A stretch of DNA of 64,000 nt from Cyanophora paradoxa CCMP329 (lineage: Eukaryota; Plantae; Glaucophyta), in NCBI GenBank assembly GCA_004431415.1, contig QPMI01000414.1, positions 113,257 to 177,256 on the forward strand. Reading direction: 5' to 3'. The notes under the pieces were generated by a model. That model was given only the letters and a program-made list of their open reading frames with translations. It was not told where the DNA came from and ran no database searches. This document shows positions 35,210 to 46,843 of the stretch, in pieces; positions within the stretch are counted from its first letter, which is position 1, and each line of letters starts with the position of its first letter. The translations under genes were made by a program, and so were the position numbers.

Positions 35210-36268
35210 TTATGTAGCACTTACCAGGTAAACCAACAAGATGTGATTGTTTGGAAAGTCAATACTACCTAACATACAGTAAATTTGAAGACTGTCTCCC
35301 ATGGTGAGGGTAATAAGAGCTTCGTAGCACATCTGATTCCTGCTTGATTGACTTGCATATGAAAGAATCAGATTTGTATTGTTTCCGTTTATTCTTAGTC
35401 CAATCTGGGAGGCAGTTGCAGTAATGTCTTCCGTAATTGTAAAATAGACCCTATAAACTCCTGAAACAGGGGCTGTAAATGTTGCTGGATACAGTTTGTC
35501 AAAATGACCCTCATTATTCACAAGATATGTTCCAACTGGAAAAGAAAGTGTTGGGGTGCCGGAACTAACACTTGTTCCAAAAATCTGAGCGTTTGCTTGT
35601 TGTCCTGAAATACACATTCTTGGGCAATAGCTGCGTTTAAGACCACCGTTTGTTGGAAATGTGATTGCTTTCAGATCTGTTATTGTCTTTTCGAGAGTGA
35701 AAATGATATCTCCGTTTCGTTTATAATTCACATTTGCATCTGTCCCATTATCCATCTCAGGTGCATTAACTCTTGTAGTAGCTATTCGAGTAACATAGTT
35801 AACATCTCCTGAGAGACCACCATTAAAGGTCATCAATCCTGTGAATACACTTGTCCCACTCACATTTAATTGGTTTGCTGTAACAGTTCCTGCTACATTT
35901 GCTCCATCTCCAATGTAGGCACCACCACTCTTCACCACAAGAGCAGAAGTATTGCTTGTGTTACCAAAAGTAATTATCTGTGCTGTGGTGAATCCACCCA
36001 CATTATCATACACTGCTGAATCGGGAACTACTTGTCCTGCTTGAACTTGATTTTTATTCGAGATAATAATACCTGTGGTTCTTATCTTGCCCCCATTTCG
36101 ATCACATCGAATTTCTTTGACTCTGAGTATGTTGTTCTCTGTGAAAGAGGTATTGCTTGTAGTTTCAGTGCATATATTCCCGGGTGTAGAGTCGACTACT
36201 TCATGAGAGGTGCTATGGAGTGATTTGGCTGCAAGTTCATAGTTTGGGATCTCTAAAAGGGAGGTCAT
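35210..36268 (-). CDS. Fibre-like paralogue 1 with C-terminal C1q domain
   Basis: N-term KEIRCDRNGGKIRTTGIIISN...SGGAYIGDG; C-term NNEGHFD....TFTAPVSGVYRVYF...LRING...LTMGDSLQIY. Confidence 0.72.
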   Translation of the reverse strand: MTSLLEIPNYELAAKSLHSTSHEVVDSTPGNICTETTSNTSFTENNILRVKEIRCDRNGGKIRTTGIIISNKNQVQAGQVVPDSAVYDNVGGFTTAQIITFGNTSNTSALVVKSGGAYIGDGANVAGTVTANQLNVSGTSVFTGLMTFNGGLSGDVNYVTRIATTRVNAPEMDNGTDANVNYKRNGDIIFTLEKTITDLKAITFPTNGGLKRSYCPRMCISGQQANAQIFGTSVSSGTPTLSFPVGTYLVNNEGHFDKLYPATFTAPVSGVYRVYFTITEDITATASQIGLRINGNNTNLILSYASQSSRNQMCYEALITLTMGDSLQIYCMLGSIDFPNNHILLVYLVSAT

Positions 36269-36293
36269 CTTTGTAATAGTGTGAGAATCTTTA

Positions 36294-39200
36294 TTATGCT
36301 GATGCTATCCAATGGATTGCAATTTGAAGCCACTGTGGTTGAATGGTTACCCATCCTGCTGCCCAAATAACAAGATTGATTGTGGTAGAGGTTGTTGAGT
36401 TGCTTGATATTCCTATTTTATAATCGATTTCCACATTTGTTGCAGGTAGTCCCTGCAATGTTACAACAACAGATGGAGCAGATGCAAAGGCAGGACTCCA
36501 ATTTACTGTAATGCTATGGTTTTGCCTTGCTGAACTGCCCCCAATTTGAGGATTCGCAATTGTCATTTCATGTCTCCCTTTTCTAATCAGGTTATCAAGC
36601 ATGTATTGAGGAGCCAGCTTAGTAACCTTTTAATTGTCCCGAGGATCCATGACCCACATTTCTCTTGCATATGCATTTCCACGAACAAGTAGGGTTTTAT
36701 CCTGATAGTAAGATATAGAGTTAGTAGAAAGGGTTGAATTGTGGAAATTCCAAATAACAGGAGGATCAGGCATAATATATGGGTCATAATCGAGAAAGTA
36801 ACCTGATCCAATGAGAAGGTTTGCATTTGCAGTGATATTATTTGCTGTAAAGGGATCGAGGGTGGGTTTATTGGTCAGGTCATTGTAGTTGCCCGAAAAT
36901 AAAGCGGGTTTGTTATAGATATCTGTATTCCAATCATGAGTATGTGCAAAATCTGTAATATCTGCTTTGACATGAGTGTGAGCAAAATCTGTAATCTCAC
37001 TCTTGACATGAGTGTGTGCAAAATCTGTAATCTCACTCTTGACATGAGTGTGTGCAAAATCTGTAATCTGTGACTTTGTGTGAGTGTGTGCGAAATCTGT
37101 GATTTCAGATTTAAAATGAGTGTGAGCGAAATTCGTAATATCTGCTCTTGTGTGGGTGTGTGCAAAATCTGTTATCTGGGATTTTGTGTGAGTGTGTGCG
37201 AAATCTGTGATCTCTGCTCTTGTGTGGGTATGTGCTCGATTATTCAGATCAAGGAAGCTACCTGAATATGCAACAGGGTGTAGATTAGATGGGGTGGGTT
37301 TATTAATGAGATCATTATAATCTCCTGTGAAAGATATGATTTTCAGTTCACCCCTTCCAACATAATCAGAAGGGAGGTCAATCTTAATGGGCATGATAGC
37401 TGGATCATCAGGGATCTCATACTCACCTCCTGGGTGAACCACAGGGAATGTTTGATTGCTTTCAGTGTGAACAAAGAAGTTGCATGCTGTTACTGTTCCA
37501 TCAATTACCCCACCTGTGAGAGGGAGGTAATCACCTGTCACACCAATATTGATACCTGCAATGATTGTATTTAGTTCGGTTTCATCTATGTAGTTTTGGG
37601 CTTGAAGGTAATCCTCTGTAACCACTCTTGATATAGTTTCATTGTGAATATTTTTTGCAGCCATTCTTTGATTAGCTTCCAGAACCCCACCATAATTCGT
37701 TTTTATCCATGCAAGTTCTGCCCTTCCATAATTATCATTTGCAGTTCCCACTATGGGAATGTAGGAGTATTTATCTCGAACGAAAACTATCATTGGTCTT
37801 GATCCATCCAGACTGCTCACATCTGCAACATGAACCTGTATAGCTGCATTGTAATTTTGGTAGGTTGCTGGGTCTGTTGGAACTCTAAAAGTATCTGTGG
37901 GTATGTCAACCTCCATGTAGCTTGACACAAAGATATTTGGTATGGTTGCTCCTGGTTCTGGTGGTGGATTATAAGAGCCTGGTAATGTTCTAATATGCAA
38001 TGGTCCTATCATAGCTGAATTTGCAAGTGTCCCTTCCACATGAACATAGTGGTGATTCAAAAAGATCCTTTCAGGGACATTGCAAGTCTGGTAAAGAGAA
38101 ACTCCCAGAGTAGCAAGAGGCTCTACTTTTGCGAATTCTGGTTGGTCATTGATCTCATCCCAGGTGTGTTCATGGTTGCTTGCTGCAAACTTATCTGGTA
38201 TCCCATCCAGATCACCCCAGTCATGCCTGTGATCCTCTGGTGGGAATTTCTCTGGTTTACCTAATATCTCATCCCAGTCATGGTTGTGATCCTCTGGTAG
38301 AAATCTTGCTGGTTTGTTATTGATCTGCTCCCAATCTGGGAAGAACTCCCAAATCTCTGGGCGAAATCCATCTGGTAATAATGCTTCATGGGGTTCATAT
38401 GGTTGCTCATAATCAACAACTGGTGGTTCGAGACCATCTGCTAAATATTCCTCATGGGGTTCATAATTCTGCTCATATTCATACTCTTGTGGATCTAAAC
38501 CATCTGGTAAATACTCTTCCTCATTGGGATCATATTGATCATATTCATACTCTTGTGGGTCGAAACCATCAGGTAGGTATTCCTCCTCGTCTGGAACGAA
38601 TTGGTATTCGTCAAGCTCCAAAATATCGATTTCGGGAGGTAAATATTGCTCATCAATTTGCTTTCTTGGTTCAATTATCGGTTTATTTCGAACCTGCTCC
38701 CAACTCACAATGTGTTGCCCAAAAGGAACTGTCTCATCTGCTGTGTACTCTCTGCCTGGTTGCTTTTTCGGTGTTAAATCTGGTGGATCCCATGGTAGTG
38801 GGAAGGGAACTGGGACAGGTCCATAATATTCAAAGATCTCTCTGATGGTCTTCTCACTAACAAGTTTCTCTCCATTTGCATAGACATTGCTTCCATGGAT
38901 ATTTCGCCATTGCCTGGTTCTGATACCAAGATCTTTGGTGTTTGTCACCAAAGGTAAAAGGTGCCTATCCATTTCGACAAGGTCTGGGTGTAAATGAATT
39001 GTTACTGGTTGAGTGGGGCTACTGTTGACAGTGATAGACGCCTTATTCTTCGATGTATCACCAGGTAGTTGGAAACCGAATTGCGCATTAGAAGCCGAAT
39101 TCGCCACAATATCTCGTGGATAAACATTGTTAGTGAACTCGATTTTGTTGGTTTCTCCATGGGGGGCTATCTGTAATATTTCGGGAATTTGTGCAATTGC

Positions 39201-39605
39201 ATTTGATCCTTCATTATAGATTCTTAAACCACTCTGATGCCCACCCTTCTCATTTTGAACATTGAATATTAACCTACCACTATCGAATCGAGTTGGAATA
39301 TCTGGGTGGGTTCCACTGGTTTTCAGTTTTCTTGGTCTGCTCCTGGTTGCTTTAATCTGGGCTACCTGATTCGATTTCACATTTCCCATGCTGAAAGCAA
39401 CACTCACATCCTCCTTTTCGGGATTCGTTTCTTTTATTGAAAGTGCATGCTCTCTTGGGTGAGTCTTTGAGGGTTCATCTGCACTGTGATCAATTGAGAT
39501 TGACCCCCTGGCTGTCAAGTTATCGAAATTTACATGTTTGTTATCTGCCCTCCCTCTTCCTGATGAGGGAATGGTTTGTAGGTTTGCTGGGTAATTGAAA
39601 CTCAT
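36294..39605 (-). CDS. Long phage-like tail-fibre protein with HxH repeats; C-terminal gp53-like/H-type lectin tip after a frameshift near 36620
   Basis: 991-aa ORF with acidic EEYLPDG.DP repeats, H.H.W..I..KP repeats, YLPLTGG, about 9 FAHTH.K..ITD 12-mers and SG.YNDL.NKP; adjacent 102-aa ORF has VNWSPAFASAPSVVVT...IHWIA. Confidence 0.75.
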
Positions 39606-39654
39606 CCCTGTTTACTCTACTTATAGAGATTTATTAAATTTGAGTTAAGTAAAG

Positions 39655-41191
39655 ATGCCTTTGAAGATTTGCCTCAGTCTCTCAGGTGGGGGAGCTCGTG
39701 GTATAATTATTACGAGATTGTTAAAAGAAATCGAAACTCGAACAGGAAAAAGAGTAATTGACCTTGTTGATCTGGTGAGTGGAACATCCACTGGTGGGAT
39801 AATTGCGATTGGTCTCAATGTGAAAAATCCCGAATTTCCAAACGAACCTAAACTTACTGCAACCGATTTGCATTCCACTTATCTCAATCAACTCCCTTAA
39901 TCTTTGCAAATCCCAGAAATATTATTGATAATGCACTTTTCAACACCAAGTATGATGTGACCCATTGGAGACAGCCATTCTCACTGTTACTGGTGAGTCT
40001 CTCATTCAAGACTCTCTCAAAGATGTAGTGATCACAAGTTTTGACACTGTGAGTATGAAGCCCATTTTTATCACCAATGATAACTCCTACAAATCCATCC
40101 CAGCAAGATTGCTGCAAGATCCACCTCTGCTGCTCCAACATATTTCTCACCTGTGAACTATGATGGGATGTCTCTAATTGATGGTGCAATCTCAGGTAAC
40201 AACAATCCCAGTGTATGTGGTTACAGTCATGCTAAGAAGATCTATGATGATGATGATGATATTATAGTGATAAGTATATCCTGTGGTGAAGTCAATGAAA
40301 CAGATGCTCCAAATGTGGGTTACTCTTATGAAGATGTGAACAGCTGGGCATCCTCTCTTGGATTGCTTCGACCTCTGGAAGTCCATTAATCAATATGTTG
40401 ATGGCTGCAAGTGAACTCTCTGCTCTGGAAAAGATGCAAGAGTTTCTCCCATACAATGATGATCAAGGATATGCAAGATATTATAGACTCTCTGTTCCAC
40501 TTCCAAAGACCATAGTAAACTCTTTGGATGATACCTCTAAGATCCCAGATATGATAGATGCAACCGAAATGTACATAGCAGCAAACACTGTGATGATTGA
40601 TAGACTCTGTGATTTACTGGTTGCAAATTACGAAATCAAGAACCCTGCAAGGTTCTATATATCATCCACTCTGAATAACATACCTCCATTGATGCTAACT
40701 GGTATCTTCTATCAGATGGTGCATTCACTGCTTCATCATCGAAAATTGGAAGGGAGGCATTTAAAGCAAGACCTTCATTAACAGGTTGGGAGGCAAATGC
40801 ATCTGCTCCTGATGGAATATGGAGTGTTCCCACTGAGTATCTGCAAGTATCCTTCCCATATATATTTGAGGTAGCATCTATAATTGCATATGGTTCTGGT
40901 GTGACAGACGCTTTTATTAAGACCTTCAATGTTGCAACATCACAAGATGGTGTTTCCTGGTCATTTATCAAGTATGAAGGTGTCAACAGAGTGTTCATGT
41001 GTGAAACTATCAATAATGCCCATAATAGTGGTGATGTCTCATACAGTTCTGGGTATCCCACCTCTATAAAAGACGTTTTCTATATTGGCTACCCTCTGAG
41101 GACAAGGTATATTCGAATTTATCCACTTGTATACATCAACACCCCAACTATGAGAGTGGATGTGACAGGTGCATTTATTCGAAGTGTATAA
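39655..41191 (+). CDS. Patatin-like phospholipase fused to discoidin (F5/8 type C) domain, frameshifted
   Basis: LSLSGGGARG, GTSTG and DGA(ISGNNNP) patatin motifs; C-terminal frame SDGAFTASS..AFKAR..W...EYLQVSF...SQDGVSW...RYIRIYP...MRVDV. Confidence 0.8.
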
Positions 41192-41387
41192 TATTTCAGA
41201 ATTCCTGACATATGATCCAGTGGCTACTGTATCTTCGCCCACATTATGGCGATTTTTACAGTAGCTACTGTATTTTTGCATTATTTTACTGCATGTTCTT
41301 TGCAGTAGAAAGTAGCCGACAAGTCGTTTTTTCGAAATATATGTATGATATATATACGTATATATACTTGATACCTACACTGCTGAT

Positions 41388-42842
41388 CTATTTCCTTTGA
41401 CCACTTCGTAAATTAAATCGAGTTTGGGGTGCAGTATATGTTTCCTTGGTGGTTGAAAAGTCATTATACCATCTCTGACTGTTAACTTCTGATAATTTCT
41501 GGGTTCCTGCTATGGTCAACTTCTTTAATTCTTTCTCTACTCTACCCTTCTTTTGTGCTCTTGCTTCTGTGAGGGGCTCTTTTGGTACTTCACTTGCTTT
41601 TTCTATGCCCTCCTTTCTGATTGCTGAATCAACCCTGGCTTCTTCTTTTGCCTGTTCAAGGGCATCCACTGTGGGAGTTTCATGATACTCAACACCTTTA
41701 ATGGGCAGCAGTTCATGAAAAGCGAATCTACCATCAACTATCTCACCACTTGGACTTCTGATTCTGAACTTGAAGCCCTCTCTGCCCTCCACACTATAAA
41801 CAATTCGAGACCAATTAACACCCTGCTTTGCAAATGGATTCTTTTCAACTTTCACTCTCACAAACATACCAGGTTTCAGAGCATCAAGATACTCAATTGA
41901 TTTCTTGAATCTCTGATCCTCCATATTCACAATCTCTTTGTAGTGGGCTTCTGTGGTCTCTGCTGGTTTCCTCTTGGTTGCAGAGTGAATGGTATTATTA
42001 TAATTATACTCAATATCACCCAACACATCAAAAAATCGTGCAGTATTATTTGCAATGCAGTAATTTGTGATTAATCTCTTGATCTGTCTGTTAAAGGCTT
42101 CAATCCGACCTTGGGTTCTGTGATCTGCAACATCACTTAGTTGATGCTCAATGAATTTGGTTCCCAAATAATCTGTGAATAATACATTGGTAAATTCGCT
42201 TCCACTATCACTCTGAATGCGAACAATTGGTCTGGGGACTCTTTGTTCAAGTTGCTTGAATGCTGCAAGTGTAGTTAGAGCACTCTTGTCTCTCATTGGA
42301 ATTATGAACCCAGTTCTTAGGGTTGATTCCATTGCACTCATAAATGTATCATAACCATCATTCTGCTTTTTGTATGCAGGAAAGAAGAGCAGATCAATCA
42401 CATATGTATCAAGGGGTTGCCTAATTGGAATCATGGGATCTCTCTTTCGAGATAGAGTGGGTGCATTAATTTGGACAACCTCCTGTTTATCATACCATTC
42501 TCTCATCTTCTTGTAGTTCTCTTCTGGTAGTTCCTGTCTCATTGCTGTGAATCCCTTGTAGCCTGTCCTGGGATCATAGAACTTCTTAGCAATCTTCGAC
42601 TCTTTTGGTGCTGTCTCAGCTGGGAGGGTCTCTGGGATTAATTGCTTGACCATCTCTGATCTTTTCAATATTCGACTGCTTTTCTCTTCCACTGGAACTG
42701 TGATAGGTAGGATATTCCCTCGATCTTCAATTGCCTCTTTTCTCACAATTCTTGGTGGTTGTCTCAATCCTATTTGTGTGGAAGGCATCTTTACCTTATC
42801 TCTCATATAATAAATGCAAGAGTCTGTGTGGAAAGAGAACAC
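41388..42842 (-). CDS. Retroviral-type (rve/DDE) integrase of Polinton type
   Basis: YVIDLLFF, IQSDSGSEF, QGRIEAFNRQIK, YNNTIHSATKRKP; uninterrupted ORF, probable start MPSTQ at 42788. Confidence 0.92.
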   Translation of the reverse strand: MFSFHTDSCIYYMRDKVKMPSTQIGLRQPPRIVRKEAIEDRGNILPITVPVEEKSSRILKRSEMVKQLIPETLPAETAPKESKIAKKFYDPRTGYKGFTAMRQELPEENYKKMREWYDKQEVVQINAPTLSRKRDPMIPIRQPLDTYVIDLLFFPAYKKQNDGYDTFMSAMESTLRTGFIIPMRDKSALTTLAAFKQLEQRVPRPIVRIQSDSGSEFTNVLFTDYLGTKFIEHQLSDVADHRTQGRIEAFNRQIKRLITNYCIANNTARFFDVLGDIEYNYNNTIHSATKRKPAETTEAHYKEIVNMEDQRFKKSIEYLDALKPGMFVRVKVEKNPFAKQGVNWSRIVYSVEGREGFKFRIRSPSGEIVDGRFAFHELLPIKGVEYHETPTVDALEQAKEEARVDSAIRKEGIEKASEVPKEPLTEARAQKKGRVEKELKKLTIAGTQKLSEVNSQRWYNDFSTTKETYTAPQTRFNLRSGQRK

Positions 42843-42958
42843 AATTCCAAACTATTTTGCAATCGAGCCCAATGACCCTGGATTAAGATGTATTTGGCTG
42901 CTGCATTTAATTCGCGGTTTATTACTTCTTGGAGAGCGAAACCAAAGAAAAAGAAAGA

Positions 42959-45900
42959 TTAATGAAGTAGATTAGAGCCAAATGGAATGCTGTGAATTCC
43001 ATCGTCTAATATCTTCCTTTTGCTATCGAGTTGGTTTAGAGCCACCCTTCTGCTCTCCAAATCATATAGGTTGTGGTCTTGTCTTCGCTTGTTTACTACT
43101 GCTACTGTTTTGGTGATGCCTTCAAACAGGCATCTCTTGAAATCATCAAAGTGAACCTCTTTTGAGAAGGTTCCAGACATTTTTATTTTATCAAAGGTCT
43201 CAGTTCTGAAAGCATAGAGTTTCGATCTCAGACCTACATACTCAACAATCTTTGCATTGGGAAACTCGTTTTTATATTTACCTGGAATCAAGCGATTGCT
43301 CCTATCAAAGAGAGGGTGGGAGGGATCATAATTACTGCAATCCAGGTGTTCCGAAATTCGCTTCATCTCATTATTAAGATCATTGGTATGAAGCATTAGA
43401 CAGAAAGAATCTGTATCATGGAATAGTAGCTCAGCTGTTTCCCAAGTTCTCCTCACCACATCATAAAAGAACCTGCTGTTATGGAGTTTCGCGAAATCCA
43501 GCACAAAAGCCCCAATTGCAACAGGTTTATGTAAGTGAACATGCTTTGAGTACATCTCAAAGGCAACAGCATTTTCGTTTAATACATTGGTTGCCTTGAT
43601 CAATGGACTTGCAGCATATTTCTTGCAGAGTTTCTCACTGTTAGCAATCTTTACCACAGAGCGACCCCTGCATGATTCGAGGCATTTACCATAGATTGCA
43701 TTGTTCATTAATTTAAAGAAGTCACTCTCGAATCTGGACATAGATTGGCGCCTCAGTTTCGTATTTAGATCAATATAACTCTTCATGAATGCAGAGGTTG
43801 CAAATGAGAGAACCCTGTGAACCTTCTTAATTATAATACCTTTGCTCACAAGATAGATCAAGAGAGGTTGGGAGATCACATAGTTGCTTTTGGGTGAGAA
43901 TGTTGCAGTGAGTTTGGGGTCTTTGCTTATCTTCTCACCTGTGATATCCAGTAGTTTTTGTTGATACTCACCCAGCATTTCGGTAGTGATTTGCTCTTTA
44001 TTCACTACAAGTGGAAAATCGTAATGATCTGTGAGAGTTTGTGGGTATTCCAGGTCTACTTCAATAAAGGCACTTCGTCCAGAGGTCTCTTTAAGTGCCT
44101 CTGTGACATCTTCCCAACGAAAATCTCCAATGGGCAGTTCTCGACTGAGAGCGTAACCATACAGATTATTTGCATCCAAGAGAACTATATGGTCATCTGG
44201 GTTTTCCACCTTTGCATATCGAGTAGGCATTGTAGCAAACCCACCTCGAATTGCCCTCTCAATAAATTCGTATTGCCCAACATCACTTATCTGTTCAATC
44301 TTTGCTCTGGTGTAAATTAGCATTGCATCCAGGATAATCCAGGAGCGCTCACATAATGGGCAGGATCTAATCCATATTGGGAAACGCCAATTCTCGGAAT
44401 TTCTGGAATTTACTCATAAGATCACCAGAATCCACTGCCTGGAAGTCCATGAAGTGCGAAGCATCTATGAATTTCCACATGCCCCATTGCAGGGACAGGT
44501 ATTGATCGAAATTCTTGCTCAGGATCTCAACGCGAAGTTTATCATCTTGCTGTGCAATTTTGCGGAATATTTCGTGTCCACATTCATCCATGTGATCCAC
44601 CACAATTGCTACTTGGTTTGTTTGGAGATTCTCCTGTGGAGGTTGCAGTTTCGGCATGCTTTCCAATAAAGCTCCTGATTGATGACAATGGTCTCTCACT
44701 GGGAAGTTCTCATGGGTAAATCGTTCTGCACAGATATAACAGTGTTTAGTGATCTTGTATTGTGCTTTCTGCTCTTCTGTGAGTGGGTGCATTGGAATAT
44801 TGGTGAATAGAGTGCGATTACTTGGGGTCTGATCTCTGTGAGAGTGGTAAACAGAGCACCAAGTGGATCTGATCCTTCGAGATTATGAGAGATCACCTCA
44901 TCCCCATCACAACTGTTAGAGAAACCGATTTGACCTCTCTTTTACTGCGGTTCTCATCAATTGGAACCGAGTGACTATCCATTTTCACATAGCAGATAGC
45001 GGGAAGCCACACAGTTTTGCGAAGGTGTTGCAGACCAAATTCAATGTGACTTCCAGATTTCGGGCATTTACCTTTGCTCTCCCTCCAATCAATGCAGCGA
45101 TTCGCTTCTATATGTACATCCAGCTTCTCCTGAGTTCTGAAACGAGACAGACAGGTCTCACAGTAATAAATGCGACCATCATGGGCTTTATCAAAGGTGG
45201 TTTTCAGAAGTCTACTCAGAGACATGATGGTGATATAATGCCCTCTATCATCCTCTTCGTTTTCGATTAATAAAAGGTTAATCTTGGTCTTTCTCCTGGG
45301 GTTGCTGGATTGATGGAGAGGATAGAAACACTGTGCTTGATTATCTGCACCATAAATGTTGATTGAGAGTTCAGGGTTCTGCTCCTCAAATCGATCAATA
45401 ACCTCTGCATCACAGGCAACTGGAAACTGGATGCCTTCGAAATTGAGTTCGTTTAACCATCTTCTATACTGGCTGGGTTCATTGCTCTTGTGTTTATTAA
45501 TATCATTTCGGTGCAGGTAAGCCAAGATTGCATACTTGAAGCAGTCTTGACCATCAATATTCTTAACATTCACAGTTGCTCTCTTTGATCCAATCCACTC
45601 AGGTGTTGAGAAGAAGCAACCACCCACAGGAGCATAAGACATTATTACCACTCTCAGCATCTCAATGCGATCCAGTCTGTAACTGTCAACCTGCATCATC
45701 TGTTCCTGCATAGATTGAAGGGCATTTCGCAGTTCAACATCAATATTTCGTGATCTTGTGATGACAAAGTAATCACTGTAAATGAATTTGGTGATCCACA
45801 CCCTTGGATCACTCACTTTGGTGAATTTACAAATGAAGGTCAACCGAGTTTTAATTGCTCTCAGGTCTTGGAGTTTCTGTCTGAGTCTCTGTGGTAGAGT

Positions 45901-46245
45901 AGTTGCAATTCTCTCCAAGAATTCAATCCCATCTTGGATAACCTCCCCTCTTGCTCGATAGGTCAACCAAGAATATGCTTTGTTCATTGCTTCCCCATCT
46001 TCAATCTCTGGTGCAATCGCTCCCAACCTTAAACCTTCATCCCTGAATTCCTCCATTTTCTCAAAACGATCATACAGTCGATTTGTAATTTCTGTGAGTT
46101 GAGATAATCTTGGTCTCCTATCCAGGATTGCTGCCTGGCGATCATATTCGAATTCTGTAATATCACCAGTAACTAAAAGGGTTCCTAAAAGACCGAGTAT
46201 TTCGTTTTTCTTTTCTTTGATGATTCTATTTGATTGGCGGGGCAT
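42959..46245 (-). CDS. Protein-primed family B DNA polymerase with N-terminal TP/vOTU-like region and EndoVII-like Zn finger (split by frameshifts)
   Basis: IRGG, DANNLYG, FFKLMNNAIYGK, HDTDS, GKYKNE, GLRSKLY; N-term NVKN.DGQDCFKYAIL...GHY; CYIC...VRDHCH. Confidence 0.93.
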
Positions 46246-46266
46246 CTTTTACTTTAAGGGAACATA

Positions 46267-46543
46267 TTATTTTGGGCGTTTTAAACGCATTTCCCATTTT
46301 TCAGGTTCTAATGATTCGCACATTCGTGCCTTTGGGGACATATACATTAACTGTGTCGAGTCTGCTTGCATAAACACGCTTCTTTTGATAGGTTCTACCA
46401 TAACCTGCTCTGATCTTTGCAATATAATCCGCCACCTCTGCAATATCATTCTTTTCGACAAGCTGCTGCCGAATTTCATCAAATAATCCATTTTCTGTCT
46501 TAGTCAAGTGAAATACGCAACCATCCCTTAAATCGCCAGTCAA
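46267..46543 (-). CDS. Small hypothetical viral protein upstream of pPolB (frameshifted)
   Basis: GLFDEIRQQLVEKNDIAEVADYIAKIR... coding-like; runs up to the polymerase start. Confidence 0.4.
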
Positions 46544-46633
46544 TTTTTGTCACAACACAACGATTTTCGATACGTTTTTATATTGTCCAATTATTATTCG
46601 CGAAAGTGATCGACCCACAGGGGGCGTCTGTGG

Positions 46634-46776
46634 TTAATTGGGTGTGACGCCTGTGACGCCTGTGACACCTGTTTTCAGAGGTTTGTAGATTTTTGAAATT
46701 TTAAAAAGTTTGAAAGCAGGCGTCACAGGCGTCACAGGCGTCACACTCAATTAAAAAGGTGTCACAGCTGTCACAC
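46634..46776. repeat. Internal copy of the TIR iteron-like module (candidate replication origin)
   Basis: ttaattggg(tgtgacgcc)x3..tttttgaaattttaaaaagtttgaaa..(ggcgtcaca)x3 ctcaattaa, just downstream of the helicase gene. Confidence 0.85.
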
Positions 46777-46843
46777 AAACCATTTACAGTAAGTTTTTAA
46801 AAAATAAGAAATTAAATCAGTATTAGAATCGATTCTGTTTTGT

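Noticed and set aside
32140-36268. Diversity-generating retroelement driving fibre variation
   Set aside because: No reverse transcriptase and no template/variable repeat pair with adenine-specific differences seen.
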